Shown here in pieces: positions 17,750-23,645 of a stretch of 28,285 nucleotides of DNA (position 1 is the stretch's first letter; each line of letters begins with the position of its first letter). Both the position numbers and the translations under genes were made by a program. The notes beneath the pieces were generated by a model. The model made no database searches, was not told the DNA's origin, and was given only the letters and a program-made list of their open reading frames with translations. Location: positions 1 through 28,285 of IMG/VR virus record IMGVR_UViG_3300011334_000156, one strand, 5' to 3'. This DNA comes from a virus (lineage: Duplodnaviria > Caudoviricetes).

Positions 17750-18330
17750 TGGTTAATGTTAATGATCCAAAGTTGTGGAAGAACATTGATTGGGATGAAT
17801 CTGAAGTTCCAGAACTTCTTAAGAAAAGTGATACTCTTATAGAACAACAACAAAGAGGTAAAAGATTAAAAGATATTCGCGGAGAAAGTTGGAGACAGAA
17901 TAGTGCTAAAGGAAATAAAGAAAGATCACAAGATCCTGAGTGGCAAAAAAGCAATGATGCCGCTATGAAAAAATTAGCACAAGATCCAGAATGGTTAGAA
18001 ACTATTAGAAAAATTAGAATTGATCAGGCAAATGATCCAGATTCTAATTTTTCCAAAGCAGTAGCAGAAAGAACAGCCAGTGAAGACTGGCAAAATAAAA
18101 ACGCAATTAAAAATAGATTATTATCATCTAAACAATGTGTTACTCCATATGGTATTTTTTGGAGTCGTGCTGATGCGGCAAAATATATTTTTGAAAATAA
18201 TTTTTTACCAACAAGAAAAACAGAATCATCTGTAATGGCATTATTAGTATCTAAGTTTAAGAATAATACAAAAGAATACTATTATATCTCCAAAGAAGAA
18301 TATATTATGCTTACAGGTAAAGAAATATGA
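17749..18330 (+). CDS. NUMOD-type putative DNA-binding protein, tandem paralog 1
   Basis: DPEW-type helical repeats, then CVTPYGIFWSRADAA...YYYISKEEY; no nuclease motif seen. Confidence 0.7.
   Translation: MVNVNDPKLWKNIDWDESEVPELLKKSDTLIEQQQRGKRLKDIRGESWRQNSAKGNKERSQDPEWQKSNDAAMKKLAQDPEWLETIRKIRIDQANDPDSNFSKAVAERTASEDWQNKNAIKNRLLSSKQCVTPYGIFWSRADAAKYIFENNFLPTRKTESSVMALLVSKFKNNTKEYYYISKEEYIMLTGKEI
17759..17832 (+). repeat. 74-bp perfect direct repeat, copy 1 (copy 2 at 18337-18410)
   Basis: TTAATGATCCAAAG...AAGAAAAGTGAT is identical in the 5' ends of both paralogs. Confidence 0.97.
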
Positions 18331-18854
18331 TTAACATTAATGATCCAAAGTTGTGGAAGAACATTGATTGGGATGAATCTGAAGTTCCAGAACTTCTTAA
18401 GAAAAGTGATGCTACAGTTAATCGTAGTAGAAGTGCTTTCTTCAAAAAAGGCAACAAACAATTTAGTGAAACTATGAGCACGATTGCTAATACTAGAGAC
18501 GATGAATATAAACGTAATCATCAACAAGGTGTTAAACAACGAGATAATACTTATCAAGCCGAATGTAATGCTAGACCAGAAGTGCAAGCAAAAATTAGTG
18601 CTACTATGACTGGAAAAGAAAAAACACCAGAACATAATGCCAAAGTTGCCGCAAAGAATAAAGAACGCGGTATTCCTTGTATTACTCCTTTGGGTGTATT
18701 TCGCAGTGGTGTAGAAGCAGGATTAGCTTACAATAAACAACGTAGTGTTACCAATGGTAAAAATGCTGTAAATGGTGCTCTTAAAAAAGGTAAACCTGGA
18801 TACAAATATATCACCAAAGAAGAATACATTATGCTAACAGGCAAAGAAATCTAA
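18327..18854 (+). CDS. NUMOD-type putative DNA-binding protein, tandem paralog 2
   Basis: NUMOD3-like AKISATMTGKEKTPEHNAKVA, then CITPLGVFRSGVEAG...YKYITKEEY; no nuclease motif seen. Confidence 0.72.
   Translation: MININDPKLWKNIDWDESEVPELLKKSDATVNRSRSAFFKKGNKQFSETMSTIANTRDDEYKRNHQQGVKQRDNTYQAECNARPEVQAKISATMTGKEKTPEHNAKVAAKNKERGIPCITPLGVFRSGVEAGLAYNKQRSVTNGKNAVNGALKKGKPGYKYITKEEYIMLTGKEI
18337..18410 (+). repeat. 74-bp perfect direct repeat, copy 2
   Basis: Identical to 17759-17832. Confidence 0.97.
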
Positions 18855-18864
18855 GACAACGAAG

Positions 18865-18872
18865 TATAAATA
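18865..18872 (+). promoter_or_regulatory. T4-type late promoter box TATAAATA
   Basis: Exact consensus, intergenic, followed by a non-coding structured segment and terminator. Confidence 0.65.
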
Positions 18873-18876
18873 ACTC

Positions 18877-19013
18877 GTAGTAGGCAATTTCTTTCTTATA
18901 AAATAGACAGTTTCCTAATTTGTATTTGCCAAAGTTCCATTAGTCCTGTCCTACTACAGCGAAGTTGCAACGACCTAGCACTAAAAAGTCCAATTTATTT
19001 TGGACTTTTTTTT
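18877..19013 (+). ncRNA. Candidate late small RNA (about 135 nt), possibly an antisense regulator
   Basis: Bounded by the promoter box and terminator; closing stem GTAGTAGG (18877-18884)/CCTACTAC (18950-18957); pyrimidine-rich loop; no + strand ORF. Confidence 0.5.
18983..19013 (+). terminator. Rho-independent terminator (potentially bidirectional)
   Basis: AAAAAGTCCAA-TTTATT-TTGGACTTTTTTTT. Confidence 0.88.
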
Positions 19014-19029
19014 GGCTGAAATACTGCCA

Positions 19030-19063
19030 TTGACACATAAAACTGAATGTGTTATACTAAATA
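19030..19063 (+). promoter_or_regulatory. sigma70 promoter overlapped by a late-type box
   Basis: TTGACA (19030-19035), 17 bp, TATACT (19053-19058) with TGn extension; ACTAAATA at 19056-19063; ACACAT-N8-ATGTGT palindrome at 19033-19052. Confidence 0.85.
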
Positions 19064-19139
19064 CTGTTGATGAAGAGGGTATTGGCAAATACACACTCAA
19101 TGACTGTAGTCGTTGTTTTATTATTTTATAGGAGACATT

Positions 19140-19508
19140 ATGTCTAAAAATATCGCAAAAGGTCCATTCGTAGTCCTAGAAACATACGAACAAGAAAGTA
19201 AGTATGGTGGCAATATCTGTGTTGTCACAATAGCAAACAGTCACAGTGAAATTGCACACACTTACATAGATCCCTCAAATAAAAACTACGCATATTGGCG
19301 TGACATTATAAAATTACAAGATGCTGGTTATGGTGTAATTATTGATAACTTAAAGTATAAAGTTCGAGATGGTAGTGTGGTTAAGAAGTTTATCAAACAT
19401 TGGAATGTCAGTGAACCATTAATTAATGCTGACAGTAAACCTACTATTGTTATGACCACTGACAGTCAACAAGAAGTCTTAGATAGATTAGCAGAGGTTT
19501 TAGAATGA
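19140..19508 (+). CDS. Hypothetical protein (probable start ATG 19140; track start 19113)
   Basis: SD AGGAG precedes ATG 19140; coupled to the next gene by ATGA overlap. Confidence 0.75.
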   Translation: MSKNIAKGPFVVLETYEQESKYGGNICVVTIANSHSEIAHTYIDPSNKNYAYWRDIIKLQDAGYGVIIDNLKYKVRDGSVVKKFIKHWNVSEPLINADSKPTIVMTTDSQQEVLDRLAEVLE

Positions 19509-20254
19509 ACAGCAATGACATATTAGCCGCTATTAGACAGCGACAAGCACAAAAAGATGCTAAACTAACTGAAATTATCCCTGATGATCAGGCAGAAAAT
19601 AATATTAAATATTTCAATATATCAAATATAAAAGAAGTAATAACAAATAGAAATCTCTGTCCTAATGAGGACAAGCAGATTGACTCTTTGCCTTCAGCAC
19701 CTCTTGGGGAATCGCTACGCTCAGGGGAGAACGAGAGTTCCGTGCAGCCAGCCAAAAAGCCCAAACTGATTATGAACACACCTGACATAAACTATGCCAA
19801 AGTCAGTGTGCAAAAGCCCACAAAAGAAAATAGCAAAAGAAGAAAAATTAATCTTGATATCAATGTTAAAAACAACGGCGAGATTAAAAAACTTACATTT
19901 GCCAGTCAACCTGCACTATGGGAATATAAGCGAGATATTCAACGAGACTTTGACTGTGGTGATATTACAGAACACGAATACAATTGGTATATGGATAAAG
20001 CAAATATATTTGAAGAACTAAAAGCACTGGGACAGAGACCAATTATTGGTAAAGGTAATCGCAGAGGAGAAAAGAATACTATACGCTATACAACAGCAAT
20101 CTACTCAGGAGAACACGCACATGTTTGGCTGGGAGATTGGCACAACAAGTTTGAATTAGAAAGTCCCAGTAGTGTGAGAGCACAAAAGTATACAGACTTT
20201 ATTGGTGAATACCGAGATACAAGAAAACCCTATGTAGAAATGGACTGGTTATAA
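19505..20254 (+). CDS. Hypothetical protein, candidate replication initiator/adaptor
   Basis: 249 aa; N-terminal amphipathic helix NDILAAIRQRQ, low-complexity linker, basic C-terminal domain; function is inferred only. Confidence 0.5.
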   Translation: MNSNDILAAIRQRQAQKDAKLTEIIPDDQAENNIKYFNISNIKEVITNRNLCPNEDKQIDSLPSAPLGESLRSGENESSVQPAKKPKLIMNTPDINYAKVSVQKPTKENSKRRKINLDINVKNNGEIKKLTFASQPALWEYKRDIQRDFDCGDITEHEYNWYMDKANIFEELKALGQRPIIGKGNRRGEKNTIRYTTAIYSGEHAHVWLGDWHNKFELESPSSVRAQKYTDFIGEYRDTRKPYVEMDWL

Positions 20255-20255
20255 A

Positions 20256-20477
20256 ATGACAATACACAACAAAATAACACCTGATGAACAAAGAACACAG
20301 ACAAAATTAGTGAACTTGGCAAGAGAGAACTTACATAGGAATTGCACTACACAAATCAAATACACAGAACCTCATTGGGGAATATATTGCAGTAATCCAA
20401 AATGCCGTAAAACAGGTTCATGGATTAATTGGATTAAGAAAACAGATAACTACGCACATTTTAATAATAAAGACTAA
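20256..20477 (+). CDS. Small putative Zn-binding protein
   Basis: HxxC...HWGIYCxxxxC...WINW pattern, 73 aa. Confidence 0.6.
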   Translation: MTIHNKITPDEQRTQTKLVNLARENLHRNCTTQIKYTEPHWGIYCSNPKCRKTGSWINWIKKTDNYAHFNNKD

Positions 20478-20480
20478 ATA
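20473..20480 (+). promoter_or_regulatory. Late-promoter-like box ACTAAATA at the head of the operon leading to terminase
   Basis: CTAAATA variant overlapping a stop codon, just upstream of SD AAGGA and ATG 20499. Confidence 0.5.
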
Positions 20481-20498
20481 AAACAAAGGAACAAAGAT

Positions 20499-20786
20499 AT
20501 GCAGATTGAATTTATGAGCCAAATTTGGACTATTAGAGATGCCGAACCCCGAGAACTAGTTGACTGTTTAGGATTGTGTGATCCAAAAACAAATACAATT
20601 ATAATAGATCCAGAACTTCAAGGATGGGTTAGATTACAAACAATTTTTCACGAGATATTTCACATATGGGAAATGACTATGAATCAGTGTTTAACAGAAC
20701 AACAAGTAGACACAATGGCAGCGGCTTTAATTCACTGCTTAAAAGAAAACCCAGTGCTAATGCGTATGATTGAGGAGCAGGAATAA
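20499..20786 (+). CDS. Minimal HExxH Zn-metallopeptidase (IrrE/ImmA-like)
   Basis: LGLCDPKTNTIIID...QTIFHEIFH...EQQVD motif. Confidence 0.75.
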   Translation: MQIEFMSQIWTIRDAEPRELVDCLGLCDPKTNTIIIDPELQGWVRLQTIFHEIFHIWEMTMNQCLTEQQVDTMAAALIHCLKENPVLMRMIEEQE

Positions 20787-21139
20787 TGCCAGCAAGAGGA
20801 ACACATTACAATCTTAAACCCGGACATAAACAAGTAGGAGTTTGGGGTTGGAATGATACTAGACTATGGTCAAAGATTGATACTAAACCAGATAAAAATG
20901 GTTGCTTAAATTGGTTAGGATCAATGAGTCCAACAGGAGCACTTATGGGTGCTTGGAAAAAGATTCCAGATAGTGATGATAGTTATCAACAAATGACACA
21001 GGCAAGAAGATTAGTTTGGATGAGTGTTAACAATGAAGATGTAAGTCCATACAGCGTTACACTTACCTGCGCTAATCAAATGTGCTGTAATCCAGAACAT
21101 TTTGAACTTAAAAATACTAATAGGCCGGACAAACAATGA
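20786..21139 (+). CDS. Degenerate HNH-family (His-Me finger) protein
   Basis: GCLNWLG...ARRLVW...VTLTCANQMCCNPEH matches the phage HNH scaffold but lacks the usual His residues. Confidence 0.7.
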   Translation: MPARGTHYNLKPGHKQVGVWGWNDTRLWSKIDTKPDKNGCLNWLGSMSPTGALMGAWKKIPDSDDSYQQMTQARRLVWMSVNNEDVSPYSVTLTCANQMCCNPEHFELKNTNRPDKQ

Positions 21140-21336
21140 TAGAACGAAGAACTGACTTAATGCGACTGGCAAATATGACTGAAGAAGATGAAATAGCACT
21201 AAAACACTTGTGTAAAAAGTTTGCCACTACAATAACTTTTAACACTGACTTTGAATATTACAGTGTAACATTCACTGAGGAAAATTGGCTTTTAGCAATT
21301 ATAGAAGATCATAATATAGAAAGATACTTAAAATGA
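21136..21336 (+). CDS. Hypothetical protein
   Basis: 66 aa, ATGA overlaps at both ends. Confidence 0.7.
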   Translation: MIERRTDLMRLANMTEEDEIALKHLCKKFATTITFNTDFEYYSVTFTEENWLLAIIEDHNIERYLK

Positions 21337-21596
21337 GCAGACCCAGTGCAAAAATATTGTTAAGCACACAATTCTCTGATCATTTAAGTTTAGAAGTATT
21401 GGCAGCCACTGCGCTGTATGCTGTATTGTATAAATCACAGCCAATTAATCTAAAACAAAAATATTGGAATGCCAGTGGAGAACTGATAAAATATCCTAAA
21501 ACAGCATTTCCAAATCAAGCACCAGCAAATAACTTGGCAGCAAAGTTAAACAAAGAATTCTTTACAGAAGACTTTACTGTGGTTAAGATTTTATAA
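21333..21596 (+). CDS. Conserved phage hypothetical protein (MSRP...YAVLYK.QPINLK...KYPKTAFPN...ANNLAAKLN..F.TEDF.V)
   Basis: 87 aa, coupled ORF; resembles, from recall, a family found in large T4-like aquatic phages. Confidence 0.7.
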   Translation: MSRPSAKILLSTQFSDHLSLEVLAATALYAVLYKSQPINLKQKYWNASGELIKYPKTAFPNQAPANNLAAKLNKEFFTEDFTVVKIL

Positions 21597-21611
21597 AAAT
21601 AAGGTAAATAT

Positions 21612-21833
21612 ATGGCAACAAGACAAGGGCAGTTTATGATATACTCAACAGGTAAGCCCAAAGAAGATTTTACTATAATCAATAATGAAGATTATAAATT
21701 AAAAGTGCGTAAAGTATGGGTAGAAGCCAGCAAGTGTTGGCACATTGAATTTTACAGCCAAAGTGTTTTAGATACACGATATGAGTTATTTCTCACACAT
21801 GAAGAAATAGCTAAGTTAAAGGAAATATTATAA
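21612..21833 (+). CDS. Hypothetical protein
   Basis: 73 aa, SD TAAGGT. Confidence 0.7.
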   Translation: MATRQGQFMIYSTGKPKEDFTIINNEDYKLKVRKVWVEASKCWHIEFYSQSVLDTRYELFLTHEEIAKLKEIL

Positions 21834-21970
21834 TGTTATTAAATTTACAAGAACGAGTATTGGAACAACAACTAAGATTTTTCTTAATGGTTAATGGAAT
21901 ACTAGCAGTATCAGTATTTGCTGGTGCTGCCTATTTGCTGTATAAAGTATTGAAAGCGATATTTACATAA
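21833..21970 (+). CDS. Small single-pass membrane protein (45 aa), absent from the ORF track
   Basis: Translated by hand: MLLNLQERVLEQQLRFFLMVNGILAVSVFAGAAYLLYKVLKAIFT; TAATG coupling at both ends. Confidence 0.7.
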   Translation: MLLNLQERVLEQQLRFFLMVNGILAVSVFAGAAYLLYKVLKAIFT

Positions 21971-22401
21971 TGGCACAAGGTAAGGCTAATGCTTGGGGAG
22001 AAAAAACAGTTGAAGGCAAAATTATAGGCCGAAACAATGTTGTAGTTCCACCTGAAGAAGTTGAAGACTTGGCTGCATTAGGCTGCACTAATGTTGACAT
22101 TGCTAATTGGTTTGGTGTCACAGAACAAGCAATAAGATATAACTTCAGCGAAAATCTTACAAAGGGTCGTGAAACGCTGAAGATCAGTTTACGCAGAGCA
22201 ATGCTGAAAAATGCTTGTGTTAATCTAAATGCCGCTGTGCAAATCTTTTTAGCGAAAAATATGTTGGGAATGAGCGACAATGGTATGAGCAGTGACACTG
22301 CCAAAGTTCTACCATTTACAGATGATGAAGATGACAAACCCACTGATGAACAGATGGATGATATGCGTGAAGAATTAAAAGAGTTAGATGGCGTTAAGTA
22401 A
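21970..22401 (+). CDS. terS: Terminase small subunit
   Basis: HTH-like LAALGCTNVDIANWFGV, then LRRAM...IFLAKNMLG and an acidic tail; overlaps the start of terL. Confidence 0.82.
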   Translation: MAQGKANAWGEKTVEGKIIGRNNVVVPPEEVEDLAALGCTNVDIANWFGVTEQAIRYNFSENLTKGRETLKISLRRAMLKNACVNLNAAVQIFLAKNMLGMSDNGMSSDTAKVLPFTDDEDDKPTDEQMDDMREELKELDGVK

Positions 22402-23617
22402 AGCACAGCGCATGATTGCTGATGCGCCATTTAGATTCCGTGTTGCTGTTTGCGGACGACGCTTTGGAAAGACACATCTAGCACTTAGAGAGTTAGCCAA
22501 GTATGCAAGTAGGCCAGAACAGCGTGTGTGGTATGTTGCACCAACATATAGAATGGCAAAACAAATTCTCTGGAAGAAATTAAAAAAGAAACTTATTAGT
22601 TTAAACTGGGTAAAGAAAGTAAATGAACAAGATCTTACATTGGAGTTGGTCAATGGCAGTGAGATTAGTCTACGCGGTGCTGATAACTATGATAGTCTGC
22701 GTGGTGTGGGACTAAACTTTATCGTATTGGATGAAGCAGCCGACATAGATCAAGAAGCATGGTATGAAGTTCTAAGACCGACATTAGCAGACACAGGTGG
22801 ACATGCATTGTTCCTAGGCACGCCGAAAGGTATGAATTGGTTTAAAGACTTGTATGACAATCACACAAGATTAAGCAATTGGATGAGTTTTCAGTTTACA
22901 ACATTACAAGGCGGCAATGTGCCAGAAGATGAAGTTGCACAGGCTCGTATTGACTTAGATGCAAGAACATTTAGCCAAGAGTTCATGGCTACATTTGAAA
23001 ACTTTAGTGGCATTGTTGCTTATGCTTTTGGTCAACATAATATATTACAAGCAGAACAAGTAAATCCTAATGAAACGCTTATTATTGGAAACGATTTTAA
23101 TGTGAGCCCAATGGCCTGTTGCATAATGCGTCGCACCCGAGATGGCTTACATTGTATAGATGAGATTGTTCTCTATAGTAGTAATACTAATGAACTAGTT
23201 GATGAAATACGCAATAGATATCCAAAGAATCCTATACAAATATTTCCAGATCCTGCAGGCGTGCAACGCAAGACATCAGCAAATGGCAACACCGACATAA
23301 AAATATTAGAAAACGCAGGATTCACTGTGCGTTATCATAGACAGCATCCATTAGTTAAAGATAGGATAAATGCTGCCAATAGTTTGTTTTTCCAGCGTGA
23401 TGATAAAACAACTAGATTCTATGTAGATCCAAAGTGCAAACATACAATAAAAAGCCTACAGCAATTTTGCTATAAAGAAGGCACACAGATACCAGATAAG
23501 GACAGTGGCTTTGATCACATGTTTGACGCATTGACCTACGCAATACAATTCTTATTCCCTATAAACAAAGACTTAGAAACAGTTGCGCCGAAAAGATTCG
23601 GACATCAACTTGCATAA
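22388..23617 (+). CDS. terL: Terminase large subunit
   Basis: Walker A GRRFGKT, Walker B IVLDEAA, coupling motif GTPKG, RNase H-like nuclease residues (GNDFN, DPAG, DHMFDA). Confidence 0.96.
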   Translation: MALSKAQRMIADAPFRFRVAVCGRRFGKTHLALRELAKYASRPEQRVWYVAPTYRMAKQILWKKLKKKLISLNWVKKVNEQDLTLELVNGSEISLRGADNYDSLRGVGLNFIVLDEAADIDQEAWYEVLRPTLADTGGHALFLGTPKGMNWFKDLYDNHTRLSNWMSFQFTTLQGGNVPEDEVAQARIDLDARTFSQEFMATFENFSGIVAYAFGQHNILQAEQVNPNETLIIGNDFNVSPMACCIMRRTRDGLHCIDEIVLYSSNTNELVDEIRNRYPKNPIQIFPDPAGVQRKTSANGNTDIKILENAGFTVRYHRQHPLVKDRINAANSLFFQRDDKTTRFYVDPKCKHTIKSLQQFCYKEGTQIPDKDSGFDHMFDALTYAIQFLFPINKDLETVAPKRFGHQLA

Positions 23618-23620
23618 ATA
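23613..23620 (+). promoter_or_regulatory. Late-promoter-like box CATAAATA before the portal gene
   Basis: ATAAATA overlapping the terL stop, upstream of SD GGAG and ATG 23646. Confidence 0.55.
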
Positions 23621-23645
23621 CATTACTAATATTGGAGCCTAAAAC

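Noticed and set aside
17759-18410. 74-bp repeats considered as a CRISPR array, att sites or DGR template/variable repeats
   Set aside because: Only two copies 578 bp apart, both in-frame coding; no cas, integrase or reverse transcriptase gene; no adenine-specific differences
16756-18635. Minus-strand ORFs in the early region, including two sharing FLKKFWNFRFIPINVLPQLW
   Set aside because: The shared peptide is just the reverse complement of the 74-bp repeat; no independent evidence of expression
18896-18940. 14-codon minus-strand ORF (MELWQIQIRKLSIL) preceded by AGGA
   Set aside because: SD spacing is only 3 nt and no minus-strand promoter is seen inside the bidirectional terminator; better read as antisense content of the candidate sRNA
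21603-21610. GGTAAATA as another late promoter (likewise AATAAATA at 16259)
   Set aside because: The first overlaps the SD and ends 1 nt before the ATG; the second lies in a sigma70 spacer; both plausible by chance in AT-rich DNA
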